A DNA stretch of 64,000 bases from positions 145,403 through 209,402 of the forward strand of contig JADKGI010000009.1 of the NCBI GenBank assembly GCA_016722285.1, written 5' to 3'. The notes under the pieces were generated by a model. That model made no database searches and had not been told where the DNA came from. It worked only from the letters and a program-made list of their open reading frames with translations. This DNA is from Saprospiraceae bacterium (GTDB lineage Bacteria > Bacteroidota > Bacteroidia > Chitinophagales > Saprospiraceae). Both the position numbers and the translations under genes were made by a program. This document shows positions 1 to 9,989 of the stretch, in pieces (position 1 is the first letter of the stretch; every line of letters begins with the position of its first letter).

Positions 1-28
1 CATCTTTTTCTTTTGTCTTGACTCTCAT

Positions 29-658
29 TTAAAAATCGGGGGTATTTTCTTGATTTGCAAATGGATATTCAGCGATTTTTTCAACTCTGTGGTAAGTATT
101 AAGACCTGAAATACAGATTGTTTCAGAAGCATTCAGATCGATGCTGTTGTCAGCCATCACATAATCTTCATCCATAATAATATGCTCTACACGTCCGATT
201 ACCATGATCGTTTGATTTAATTTGATTTTTATTGTCTCTGCCAATGATAAGCCAATCTTTACTTTACTTTCAGCTACAAAAGGGGCACCAAAATCTTTTA
301 AATATTGCGGTATTAATTTACATCTGTCAAACTCTGAAATACTTCTCGGAAAATCCGCAGAGGTGAAATGTGCTCTTGCAGCAATGGACTCATTGATATG
401 ATTGATAGTATAAATTCCGGTGGCCATAATATTTTCTAAGGTATGTCTTTCACCCACAAACGGTCGCATGATAAAACCAATTAAAGGCGGATCGGAGCCT
501 AAATGAACAACAGAACTGATGATGGCGAGATTTGTTTGGCCATCCGCACTTATGGTTCCTATCAGATTGGCAGGTTTTAGTCCCGTTATACTATTGATCA
601 ACCCAAGTCTTGATATTCTGTCCAAACCTAAAATGTCTTGCCCCGTAATGTGAATCAT
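29..658 (-). CDS. flavin reductase family protein (FMN-binding split-barrel fold)
   Basis: 209-aa ORF; 'KPANLIGTISADGQTNLAIISSVVHLGSDPPLIGFIMRP...GERHTLENI' fits the flavin-reductase-like domain pattern; recognised by eye only. Confidence 0.7.
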   Translation of the reverse strand: MIHITGQDILGLDRISRLGLINSITGLKPANLIGTISADGQTNLAIISSVVHLGSDPPLIGFIMRPFVGERHTLENIMATGIYTINHINESIAARAHFTSADFPRSISEFDRCKLIPQYLKDFGAPFVAESKVKIGLSLAETIKIKLNQTIMVIGRVEHIIMDEDYVMADNSIDLNASETICISGLNTYHRVEKIAEYPFANQENTPDF

Positions 659-667
659 AATACTGTT

Positions 668-1768
668 TTAATCTACCCAATCAGCAACAAAAAGGTTTGT
701 ATCATGGTTACCTCCATTGTTTCTGTTGGATGCAAATATGATTTTTTTGCCGTCATATGAAAACATAGGAAACGAATCAAAAGTCTTATCATAGGTGATC
801 TGCTCTAATCCTGTTCCATCAAGATTTATAGTATATAGATTGAATTGGTACCCTCTTGGAGCTGCATGATTTGAAGAAAATATGACTTTATCTCCTTTGG
901 GAAGAAAGTATGGAGCCCAATTTGCTTTGCCGAGATGAGTAAGCTGTTTCAAGTCAGATCCGTCCACATTACACACATACAGTTCCATGCTTGTAGGCAT
1001 AACCTGTCCCAAGGCGAGAAGCTCTTTATATACTTTGACATCTTCGTCAGATGTGGGTCTGGATGCTCTGAATATCAGTTTTTTGCCATCCGGCGAAAAG
1101 AAGGCACCACCATCATAACCCAATTGATTGGTAACCTGTCTGACATCTGATCCGTCGATGTTCATGGTGTACAATTCGAGATCCCCGCTTCTGATCGAAG
1201 TGAATACAATTTTATCGCCTTTGGGGGATACGGTCGCTTCTGCATCATATCCAGGTGTATTGGTTAATTTTTTAATAATATGGCCTTTCAAATCACTCAT
1301 ATAAATATCGAATGTTTCATATACAGGCCAGATATATTTCCCATCCACCCTTCGTTCAGGCACTTCCGGGCAAGCTTCCATTGATTCATGAGTGGAAGCG
1401 TAAATTATATTTTTATTGCCTGCCAGAAAAAAACTACAAGTGGTTCTTCCTTTGCCCGTGCTAATTAATGGTGGTGGGCCGTCTTTCTTTACCCAGTTTT
1501 CCAGATCAAAATAGTAAATCTGATCACATTCCGTACCCCATTTTTTATTATTTGCTTGAAAAACTACTTTTTTACTATCAAAACTCCAGTAGGCTTCAGC
1601 ATTATCTCCGCCGAAAGTAAGCTGTTTTACATTTTTCAGATGTATTTCCTTTTCAAATTTTAATGTGTCAAGTTCTGGCGATATACTTTTATTTAATACA
1701 CTATTTTTTGTACCTGAACATGCAAATATCAATGTCGTTAATAATATAACGCTAATAATTCTGATCAT
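668..1768 (-). CDS. TolB-like periplasmic beta-propeller protein (PD40/WD40-like repeats)
   Basis: 366-aa ORF; lipoprotein-type signal ending 'LIFACSG'; repeated PD40 blades 'VSPKGDKIVFTS', 'FSPDGKKLIFRASR', 'FSYDGKKIIFASNR'. Confidence 0.75.
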   Translation of the reverse strand: MIRIISVILLTTLIFACSGTKNSVLNKSISPELDTLKFEKEIHLKNVKQLTFGGDNAEAYWSFDSKKVVFQANNKKWGTECDQIYYFDLENWVKKDGPPPLISTGKGRTTCSFFLAGNKNIIYASTHESMEACPEVPERRVDGKYIWPVYETFDIYMSDLKGHIIKKLTNTPGYDAEATVSPKGDKIVFTSIRSGDLELYTMNIDGSDVRQVTNQLGYDGGAFFSPDGKKLIFRASRPTSDEDVKVYKELLALGQVMPTSMELYVCNVDGSDLKQLTHLGKANWAPYFLPKGDKVIFSSNHAAPRGYQFNLYTINLDGTGLEQITYDKTFDSFPMFSYDGKKIIFASNRNNGGNHDTNLFVADWVD

Positions 1769-2149
1769 AAGAATACTATTTTTTAGAAGTCAAAAGTATG
1801 ATTTAAAGATCGATCTAATGTCAATAATGTGGCAAAATTAATCTGTTTAAATCAAAATTATACAAAAGCTAAAGTTCCAGGAGATTTCAACAATAATCTG
1901 AAACAATTTATGTTTGATATTTTTTTTAAAAATCATAAAAATCATAATAATCATCAATTATAATTTGATTGGCATATCACTATCGTTCAGGTGAAGCCGG
2001 TAATTTAAATGCTCACAATAATGTCATTATTGCAAGCGATATTAAAAGTAAGGCGGTTCATAATTTATATGTACTTGAACTTTACATGGGTAACCTATGT
2101 TTGAAAAGGTAATTAATTGGCTTTTTATCTAACCAAAATACATTACTGA

Positions 2150-3019
2150 ATGTCAAATCTTATTCAACTACCAATACTTTATCCTTTAATCATTCTAATT
2201 CTTTTATTAATAAAAGGTATCGAAATAGTGCGGCCTACTGAAAGAGCGCTGATAGAAAGATTGGGGAATTATAATCGTTTTGCAAATCCCGGATTTAACT
2301 GGATCATTCCTTTTATTGATAAAATGTATAAGGTCAATGTGACCGAACAGATGGTAGATGCAGAAGCACAGGAAATTATAACCAATGACAACCTGAATGC
2401 TACTGTGGATGCTCAGGTTTACTTCAGAGTTATCTCCGATGAAGAAAGTGTCAAACATTCCCAGTACAATGTCAACCGGTATCAGTGGCAAATTGTCAAT
2501 CTGGCACGGACAACACTGAGAAACATCATAGGTACATTGACTCTACGGTCCGCCAATAGTGAACGTGGAAAAATCAACTCCGAATTACATAAAACGCTGA
2601 TGGAAGAAACAAAAACCTGGGGTATTGAAGTAATCAGAACCGAATTGAAACAAATAGATCCTCCTCACGATGTACAGGAAACCATGAATAAGGTGGTAAA
2701 GGCAGAGAACGAAAAGATAGCAGCAATAGATTTTGCGACTGCAAGAGAAACTATGGCAGATGGTGAAAAAAGAGCAAAGATAAAGGAAGCAGAAGGCGCA
2801 AGACAAGCAGCCATTTTGAAAGCAGAAGGAGAAGCTTTAGCCATTAAAATGGTCAATGAGGCAGCTGAAGAGTATTTCGTAGGAAATGCTCAAGTACTTA
2901 GAAAACTGGAAGCAGTAGAAAAAGCAATGGGTGAAAACACCAAGTTTGTTGTGCCTGCAGGTTCGGATTTGGTCAATGTCATCAGCGAGATGGCCGGTAT
3001 CGTACCTCTGAAAAGATAA
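2150..3019 (+). CDS. SPFH/Band 7 (stomatin/prohibitin-like) membrane protein
   Basis: 289 aa; N-terminal TM helix, SPFH core ('ERALIERLGNYNRFANPGFNWIIPFIDK', 'WGIEVIRTELKQIDPP'), Ala/Glu/Lys-rich coiled-coil tail; terminator follows. Confidence 0.85.
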   Translation: MSNLIQLPILYPLIILILLLIKGIEIVRPTERALIERLGNYNRFANPGFNWIIPFIDKMYKVNVTEQMVDAEAQEIITNDNLNATVDAQVYFRVISDEESVKHSQYNVNRYQWQIVNLARTTLRNIIGTLTLRSANSERGKINSELHKTLMEETKTWGIEVIRTELKQIDPPHDVQETMNKVVKAENEKIAAIDFATARETMADGEKRAKIKEAEGARQAAILKAEGEALAIKMVNEAAEEYFVGNAQVLRKLEAVEKAMGENTKFVVPAGSDLVNVISEMAGIVPLKR

Positions 3020-3042
3020 AATTATTTTGAATTTTGGAATAA

Positions 3043-3079
3043 AAGCAACTGCAATTTTAAATTTACAGTTGCTTTTTTT
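3043..3079 (+). terminator. rho-independent terminator after SPFH gene
   Basis: 9-bp stem aagcaactg/cagttgctt (3043-3051 / 3066-3074) followed by a T run. Confidence 0.8.
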
Positions 3080-3137
3080 ATGCCTTAATGTTTGGGTATT
3101 GATTTAAATTTGGGTTTAAGAACCAAATAAATTAATA

Positions 3138-3383
3138 ATGACTCAATATTATCTTTATTGTATATTATTATGTTTTTTCATTTCTGGACCTGCTCAGACA
3201 AGCATCAAAAACCTGCTTTCCGTACCCTTCCCCAAGGAATTGAAAGCATCGGTAGATGGAAAGAACCTTGCATGGGTATTTAACAATGAAGGTGAAAGAA
3301 TTATTAATATTGCCCAAGCTCCAAATTTTGAAGTAAAAGCCATCACAAAATACTCTGGTGATGAAGGGGTAGAGATCAATTAA
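3138..3383 (+). pseudogene. N-terminal remnant of an S9-family (prolyl oligopeptidase/dipeptidyl peptidase-like) beta-propeller peptidase
   Basis: 81-aa ORF with signal peptide and 'LLSVPFPKELKASVDGKNLAWVFNNEGERIINIAQAPNFEVKAITKYSGDEGVEI', typical of the first ~80 residues of ~650-aa S9 peptidases. It stops abruptly and is followed by ~560 nt with no coding signal. Confidence 0.45.
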
Positions 3384-3947
3384 TTGTGCTACATTTGTTC
3401 ACCTTTGAGTATGTTTAATATTTCATCATTTGACTGCATGTGGCAAATTTTAATTTCTTCTACGTTATATTTTTCGTCGTAGCCAACAGCTACGATTTCA
3501 AAATATGCCTTGAATAAAATAAAATTTTGTCACTTTTACTCAAACATGAAAATATAATTATACTCTTAACAAAACACAACAAAAGGCATGCTGTGTTATT
3601 TTTTAGATAATTGTGGGAGGAATAGAAATGAAAATTATACCTTAAAATATTTATATCCGGGAATATAATTTCAACTTAGAGCCTTTTAGGTTGTTAAATA
3701 GATGTTTTCATCATGATTTAATTATTATCTTTTTAAAAAAGGGTACTGAAAACGTTGTAATGGTATCAAATAAATGGCACACCTCTCGTTATTAAACCTT
3801 AATTTAATTTTTATTGCTAAGTAGCAAAAATATAATGATAAAATATTGGTACTCCGTGTCTTTAATAATTACTTTTAATTAGTGGAACAATTCAGATTTC
3901 TGAATTAACAATTGACGGAACTAATAAAATAATACTAAAAGGAAAAA

Positions 3948-5135
3948 ATGGCTTCATTAATTATATCAATTTGTATTTTACTTATATTGTCATACATTTT
4001 TGATATCACTTCATCAAAAACAAAAATACCAACTGTAATCCTTCTATTGGTATTGGGTTGGGCAGTAAACCAGCTGGCAACACTTGTTGCGATTCCCATA
4101 CCTGACTTAACTCCTATATTGCCGATATTGGGGACCATTGGGCTTATTCTTATAGTCTTAGAAGGTTCATTGGAGTTGGAACTAAACAAAACCAAATATC
4201 CGACTATCAAAAAGACTTCGATTATGGCTATTTTGCCTTTACTTATACTCAGCTTTTTGTTGGCATTTGCATTTCAGTATTTGGGCGACACCACTTTTAA
4301 AATCGGATTGGCCAATGCTATACCCTTTGCCGTGATAAGCAGTGCTATAGCTATACCAAGTGCACAAAACTTGCTGTCAAATAATAAAGAGTTTGTAACC
4401 TATGAGAGTAGCCTTTCTGATATATTCGGTGTCATTTTATTTAATTTCATCACACTGAATGATAATATCGGTACACAGTCCATTGGATATTTTGTCTTAC
4501 AGCTGATCGTTATATTACTAATAACTTTCATTGCGACATTAGGATTGGCACTGTTATTAAGCAAAATAAAGCACCCGGTAAAATTTGTTCCCATTATACT
4601 TATGATAGTGCTAATCTATACAGTATCCAAAGAGTATCATTTGCCTGCATTGATTTTTATACTTTTGTTCGGGCTTTTCTTAAGTAATTTGGATGAGATT
4701 AAACATAATCAATATATACAACGGCTTCATCCTGAAATACTAAACAAGGAGGTACATAAATTTAAGGAACTAACTGCAGAATTTGCATTTTTGATCAGAT
4801 CTCTGTTTTTTTTATTATTTGGATACCTAATAAAAACGTCAGAACTGTTAAATTCTGAAACTATCATCTGGGCTGCCTGCATTACAGCCGGTATTTTTCT
4901 AATCAGATATGTATTTTTGAGGTTGGTAAAACTATCAGTAAAACCACTACTATTTATAGCACCAAGAGGGCTAATTACAATATTGCTCTTTTTATCCATT
5001 CCGATTTCGCAGGCTTCTTATCTGGTAAATAATTCATTGGTAATACAGGTAATCATATTATCTGCATTGGTGATGATGGTGGGTTTGATTTCTTATAAAA
5101 GCGAGATAAGTCAAAAAGAATTAATGGAGAAATAA
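3948..5135 (+). CDS. cation:proton antiporter (Na+/H+ exchanger family)
   Basis: 395 aa, about 11-12 hydrophobic helices, 'LLLVLGWAVN...ILGTIGLILIVLEGSLELE' typical of CPA-type exchangers. Confidence 0.75.
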   Translation: MASLIISICILLILSYIFDITSSKTKIPTVILLLVLGWAVNQLATLVAIPIPDLTPILPILGTIGLILIVLEGSLELELNKTKYPTIKKTSIMAILPLLILSFLLAFAFQYLGDTTFKIGLANAIPFAVISSAIAIPSAQNLLSNNKEFVTYESSLSDIFGVILFNFITLNDNIGTQSIGYFVLQLIVILLITFIATLGLALLLSKIKHPVKFVPIILMIVLIYTVSKEYHLPALIFILLFGLFLSNLDEIKHNQYIQRLHPEILNKEVHKFKELTAEFAFLIRSLFFLLFGYLIKTSELLNSETIIWAACITAGIFLIRYVFLRLVKLSVKPLLFIAPRGLITILLFLSIPISQASYLVNNSLVIQVIILSALVMMVGLISYKSEISQKELMEK

Positions 5136-5234
5136 ATATTTACCAATTGATTCCTAAGTTTTCTTAATAATTATTTTTTATGAATTTTAACTTTAAATAC
5201 AATGATCATCATACCTTTACAAAAATTGATTATA

Positions 5235-5924
5235 ATGAAAATAAGTTTTTTTTCTTTGTTACTCCTATTACCTCCGGTTTATGGATTTTCTCAGGATTTA
5301 AGTTATGATATCTATAGTGCTAATACCAACTCTATAACAAAAGTAAAACTTATCGGGGCTATGACCTTTGCTGACATTTGTTCTGGATATCCTGTCAATT
5401 GGATAAAGGAGTATATTTCAGCTGAAATTTCAACTTCATCTGACAGTGAAATAATAAAAGCTGAAAGTAAAAATGATGTACTTTCAACAGACCAGTTGAG
5501 TATATTGGATAATGCCAGAATAGGCACCATAATCACGATAGATGTTAAATACAAATCCAGGAATTCTGTAACTGACATAGTTGAAACACACAACTTGAAT
5601 TTTACAACGACCGTAGTTCCTGAGAAAGAAGCTGAATATTCCGAAGGTTATGAACAATTGTTGAAATTTATAAAAGAAAATGCTATAAATAAGATTTCAG
5701 AAAGTGATTCAAAGCAGATGCAACAAGGGAAATTGAAGTTTATCGTAGATGCAGATGGAGTGATCAGAGATGCCACACTATTGATCAGTTCATCAAATCC
5801 TGAAATTGATAAGTTGTTACTGGACACTATTATGAATATGCCTAAGTGGAAACCGGCTGAAACAGAAAATGGCACTAAGGTTAAACAGGTATTTGAATTC
5901 AAAATAGGAAATATGGGATGCTAA
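5235..5924 (+). CDS. secreted hypothetical protein with TonB-C-like C-terminal domain
   Basis: ORF 5202..5924; likely start at the internal Met (MKISFFSLLLLLPPVYGFSQ signal peptide). C-terminus 'GKLKFIVDADGVIRDATLLISSSNPEIDKLLLDTIMNMPKWKPAETENGTKVKQVFEFKI' resembles TonB C-terminal/energy-transducer folds. Confidence 0.5.
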   Translation: MKISFFSLLLLLPPVYGFSQDLSYDIYSANTNSITKVKLIGAMTFADICSGYPVNWIKEYISAEISTSSDSEIIKAESKNDVLSTDQLSILDNARIGTIITIDVKYKSRNSVTDIVETHNLNFTTTVVPEKEAEYSEGYEQLLKFIKENAINKISESDSKQMQQGKLKFIVDADGVIRDATLLISSSNPEIDKLLLDTIMNMPKWKPAETENGTKVKQVFEFKIGNMGC

Positions 5925-6098
5925 TCCACTTTGAGCTGAAGTAATTGTTAATAAATACCAACAAGGATAAACTCATCAGTTTCATTGATATCATTGACGT
6001 AAGTATATATTCCTTAGTATTATGATTTGCATGTTCTCAAATAGATATAAATGGTCAATTAAATGACCTTTATCAATACAAATGCATCCGTAAAATAT

Positions 6099-6106
6099 TA
6101 ACTTTG
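6099..6106 (+). promoter_or_regulatory. Bacteroidota-type -7 promoter box (TAnnTTTG)
   Basis: TAACTTTG lies 23 nt upstream of the ATG at 6129. Confidence 0.45.
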
Positions 6107-6128
6107 CCACATCCAAAATATTAAAAAA

Positions 6129-7382
6129 ATGAAATCACATATCTATTTGTTTTACTACATAATTATTTTTCAGCTACTAATGGTATCCTGTAGCCCCAAG
6201 GTGAGCTACCCTATACAATTGCCAAAACAAAATATAGCAGTTGATATCATTACTCTGTCTTCAGATGACATGGAGGGAAGAGAAATTGGTACTGAAGGCG
6301 AGAGAAAAGCATCAGAATATATATCTAAAAGGTTTGCGGAACTGGGACTTGCCAAAGCAGGAGATAATAACTCTTACTTTCAGACATTCAGCAGAAAAAA
6401 GAGTAATAATCCGCATGGTGAAGACACTACTTCCACCGGAATTACGATATATGGAAAGAATATTTTAGGATATATAGATAATAAAGCAGCGAATACCGCT
6501 ATAATTGGTGCGCATTATGATCATTTAGGTTATGGAAGTGAGGGATCTCTTTATGTAGGCGAAAAAGCGATTCACAATGGAGCTGATGATAATGCCAGCG
6601 GCGTGGCAGGGGTATTATACATGGCTGAAAGTATTAAAAAAGCAGGACTTAAGAATCAAAATTATTTATTTATTTGTTTTTCAGGTGAAGAAAAGGGATT
6701 GTGGGGATCAAACTATTATGTAAACAAAACATCACTTGATAAAAGTAAAATAAATTATATGGTTAATATGGATATGATCGGCAGACTGAACAATGATAAA
6801 AAGTTGGCGGTAAGTGGTATCGGAACATCGCCTGTATTTGAATCTGTCATTGATGGAATTAAAACTTCCAAATTGAGTATAAAGAAAGAATTATCCGGCA
6901 TGGGGCCATCTGATCATGCTTCATTTTATAATGCCGGAATACCGGTTTTGGCTTTTTTCACAGGTCAGCATAGTGACTACCATAAACCCACAGATGATCA
7001 CCAGAATATCAATTATACAGGCATCACTGACGTAGTCGAATACATCTATACAGTTGTAAATACACTTGAAAACAAAGGAAAACTTCCTTTTACAAAAACT
7101 AAGGATGAAGCTCAAACTCGTGTGGCATTTAATGTGACTTTGGGTGTCATGCCTGACTATTTGTATGATGGTAAAGGATTGAAACTAGATGGAGTGCGGG
7201 ATGGAAAGCCCGCAAACTTAGCTGGCCTGGAGAAAGGGGACATCATCATAAAAATGGGCGAGAAAGATATTCCTGATATGCAGGCTTATATGAAATGCCT
7301 TACTGAACTCAAAGCCGGACAAACTGTGGATGTTGTATTTATCCGCAACGGAAAAGAGATGGTCAAAAAGGTAACATTCTGA
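6129..7382 (+). CDS. M28 family metallopeptidase with C-terminal PDZ domain
   Basis: 417 aa; zinc-ligand motifs 'GAHYDHLGYG', 'HNGADDNASGVAGVL', 'FSGEEKGLWGS', 'NMDMIGR', 'PSDHASF'; PDZ-like 'GLKLDGVRDGKPANLAGLEKGDIIIKMGEKDI'. Confidence 0.85.
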   Translation: MKSHIYLFYYIIIFQLLMVSCSPKVSYPIQLPKQNIAVDIITLSSDDMEGREIGTEGERKASEYISKRFAELGLAKAGDNNSYFQTFSRKKSNNPHGEDTTSTGITIYGKNILGYIDNKAANTAIIGAHYDHLGYGSEGSLYVGEKAIHNGADDNASGVAGVLYMAESIKKAGLKNQNYLFICFSGEEKGLWGSNYYVNKTSLDKSKINYMVNMDMIGRLNNDKKLAVSGIGTSPVFESVIDGIKTSKLSIKKELSGMGPSDHASFYNAGIPVLAFFTGQHSDYHKPTDDHQNINYTGITDVVEYIYTVVNTLENKGKLPFTKTKDEAQTRVAFNVTLGVMPDYLYDGKGLKLDGVRDGKPANLAGLEKGDIIIKMGEKDIPDMQAYMKCLTELKAGQTVDVVFIRNGKEMVKKVTF

Positions 7383-7858
7383 TGGGAGAGGATACTTATA
7401 ATGAAATTCAGAGAATAGATTCATTGTGGCCTCTGCTAATTTTTACATTGGCAGCAGCAGGAAATTGGTTGATCTATTTCTATTTTGGATACAGTGATTT
7501 TAATTTATTTTATGTGAGTATGCTGAGTGCCTTACTACTTAGCGTATTTCTTTTTTCATTGAGGCTTTATACCCGTATAGATATATCAGGAGTTCAATAT
7601 CGTTTTTTTCCTTTTCACTTTGCATGGCGTAAATTAGCATGGAGAGAAATCACGAGTTACCATATAAGGGAATACAACCCGTGGGCTGAATTTGGTGGTT
7701 GGGGTTTGAGATATGGGAAATCCGGTTGGGCTTGTACCATCAGTGGTAAGGCAGGGCTTCAATTAGTTCTGGTAAGTAAAAAGAAAGTCCTGATTGGAAC
7801 TGTACAGCCGGATAAGATGAAAGACTTTATAAATTTAAGATTGACAAAAACCATTTGA
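7382..7858 (+). CDS. hypothetical membrane protein
   Basis: 158 aa; the TGATG overlap at 7380-7384 is shared with the M28 gene; two TM helices then a beta-rich soluble domain; no family recognised. Confidence 0.5.
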   Translation: MGEDTYNEIQRIDSLWPLLIFTLAAAGNWLIYFYFGYSDFNLFYVSMLSALLLSVFLFSLRLYTRIDISGVQYRFFPFHFAWRKLAWREITSYHIREYNPWAEFGGWGLRYGKSGWACTISGKAGLQLVLVSKKKVLIGTVQPDKMKDFINLRLTKTI

Positions 7859-7885
7859 ATTTATTTCTTCTCCTCTCTGGAAATG

Positions 7886-9372
7886 TTACATCCACTTTCT
7901 GGTGTCCGATTCTGCCTTGTACAGTAGTAAATCTACCATATAATGGCAAGATGAAAGTGAAATATAAGGGATTTTTATTTTTCCTGAAGCTGTATGAAGA
8001 GTGATATCCGCCAGTTGGTGTCTCGTCTGATATGGGGTTTGATGGATTTTTAATGCCTGAATTTTAAACATTTGAAGAACCTCTTCTTTATCTCCAAAAA
8101 TGCCGCCTTTGATGTATATGAGCTCGTCATTATATCCATAGGCTTTTTTTCTAAATTTGAAGTATCGGGTAATGATAAAATATATTCCGGCACCGATGAT
8201 AAAAATAATATTGGATTGGTAATTAACTATTGCTGCAACTCCTGACAGAATTGTAATAATAATGCTGAGTATTAGCGTAAAGCGACTAAAATATTTTTTG
8301 TCAATCGGATGCATAAATATATTGTCAAAATCGATTTGACCAAATAAGGACGTGGTAACAAGATGAATGTGATTTGTGTTACACCCTGGTATATGAATAT
8401 TTTGTTTAGCAGTCAGTTCATTGCTTGAAGCCTGATTTAGAAAAAGGTCTTTGAAGCCAATCCATTTTTTCAATATATTATCTGACCAGGAAATGTATTG
8501 GATTTTGTGGTCAAGTGCTGAAATTTCTTTTTTAGTAAATAACCCACTCACTACTTTAAATCCTTTTGCAGATCTTAAAAATTTTAAGTCATAATTTTTT
8601 ATTACAGTTCGAACAAGTGAAATCAAAATTGAAATAATCAATAGAATAAATATCAAAGTCAAAATGGAATATAATCCTGGTTGAAAGTCCGGTATTTCCT
8701 GAGAATAATCATCTACATTTACGCCTACTTCCTGGAGGTTTTGATATATCCAAAAAAAGAATAGAAATACCAAACCACCTGATCTGATATGGTTTTCTGT
8801 TAAGCCTACCTTCAAAAGATCGAGAGGTGAGAGTTCCAGAATGGATTCATATATTACCTTATTTTCAGCATTTATACTGTTGACCGTTTTACTTTTCTGA
8901 TTTTTCTTTCCGGACATTATCAAATCACGAAGTGCATAGGCTTTTTCAGACTCAATGGCGTGGAACTCAAATTCATTTTTTTCAGAGCCGGCGGTATCCA
9001 GTTTCATCCTCAGAACAGAAAACAACTGATGCATGATATTTTGCTCGAAATTTACAGTCTGAATACGCTCAAATGGAATAGACAATTTTTTTTATTGAAG
9101 ATTCCGGTATGGAGCACCAGTTCATCACCTTTGATAATAAAGTAAGTCTTGAAAAAATTAATGATTGAATAAATCATAGTCAGGGCAGAAATAGCCACCA
9201 GAAACCAAACTAGATAATCACTTTTATATTTTGATCCCCCGATTAAAAAAATAACAATTACAGGAAAAATCTGTCTTATTATGACATATCCGGTTTTAAA
9301 TAGAATCATAATAATGGCAGCATAAGACTGTCTCGTCGGTTCCGAAAAATCGTAATTACTCTTCTTCATCAC
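7886..9372 (-). pseudogene. YdbT-like membrane protein with three bPH_2 (bacterial PH) modules, frame interrupted
   Basis: ORFs 9052..9372 (106 aa) and 7886..9085 (399 aa) overlap in different frames. Joining them across the T8 run at 9086-9093 gives '...HTGIFNKK/SIPFERIQTVNFEQNIMHQLF...', a ~500-aa YdbT-type protein. Confidence 0.7.
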
Positions 9373-9883
9373 TAACGGCTACTCTCTTTGTTATGAAATT
9401 TTTTAACGCTGCGGATTTCTCATGAGTCAGACCCGGGATCATCAAATCACTACCGCTACCCCCAGCAGTAAACAAGGATAATTCTGAAAGATTAAAGAAT
9501 CTGTCAATTGGCCCTTGTTCGATTTCACAATGTTGTACCCTGTTAAAAGGAATGATTAGGGTGGATCTGAAAAATATACCTGATTTAAACATGATATCTT
9601 TTTCTCTGATAGCAAATCCTTCATAATCATACCTTTTGATTGCCATGAAGGTGGATAAGCCGAAAAGGATGGACCAGCCAATGCTGAAAAGCAATATCCA
9701 TGGAAAATCAAGGAGGAATCGAAAAAATATTCCTGCTGATAAGTACAGTAATAATAAAATTGAGAAAATAATGATATTAATATAAATTCTTATTTTTTTA
9801 TAAGCGGGGTCAAGTTTTTCAAAAATAATTGTTTCTGAAGAAGGCAATATTAGTGTATCAATTTGCTGATTTTGGAATTCCAT
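9356..9883 (-). CDS. YdbS-like membrane protein with one bPH_2 domain
   Basis: 175 aa; two TM helices plus 'DIMFKSGIFFRSTLIIPFNRVQHCEIEQGPIDRFFNLSELSLFTAG'; overlaps the start of the downstream YdbT-like gene (ydbS-ydbT-type pair). Confidence 0.7.
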   Translation of the reverse strand: MEFQNQQIDTLILPSSETIIFEKLDPAYKKIRIYINIIIFSILLLLYLSAGIFFRFLLDFPWILLFSIGWSILFGLSTFMAIKRYDYEGFAIREKDIMFKSGIFFRSTLIIPFNRVQHCEIEQGPIDRFFNLSELSLFTAGGSGSDLMIPGLTHEKSAALKNFITKRVAVSDEEE

Positions 9884-9989
9884 AGAAAAGTATTATCTGA
9901 GTATCAATCAACAAGGTAGATATAAATTCCTTTCACAAAGTATAAAATAAGCATTTATCTATACTTTAAAAATAATAAAGAATAGCTGA

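Noticed and set aside
1-28. Possible start of another minus-strand gene (ATGAGAGTCAAGACAAAAGAAAAAGATG reading out of the window) immediately after the flavin reductase stop
   Set aside because: Only 9 codons are visible, so it cannot be evaluated.
1901-1960. Fur-box-like AT-rich string 'aatcataataatcatcaattataatt' between the TolB-like and SPFH genes
   Set aside because: The resemblance to GATAATGATAATCATTATC is partial, and such strings arise by chance in AT-rich spacers. Neither flanking gene is an obvious iron gene.
2207-2856. Antisense ORFs inside the SPFH gene (2207..2491, 2585..2806, 2665..2856) and similar shadow ORFs throughout the track (e.g. 935..1150, 4400..4594, 27157..27747, 47720..48827)
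   Set aside because: They lie wholly within strongly supported genes on the opposite strand and have low-complexity, Cys/Phe/Ile-rich translations with no recognisable domains.
3384-3520. Minus-strand reading 'KAYFEIVAVGYDEKYNVEEIKICHMQSNDEILNILKGEQM*' that looks protein-like
   Set aside because: It has no start codon, spans fewer than 50 codons and matches no recognisable family. It may be another gene remnant, but that is not supportable.
9086-9093. Programmed ribosomal frameshifting or phase-variable contingency loci at the homopolymer sites
   Set aside because: The runs are short (3-8 nt) and lie in unrelated housekeeping and envelope genes. They have no slippery heptamer plus downstream structure. 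The same signature occurs about 12 times in 64 kb, so error or decay is more parsimonious.
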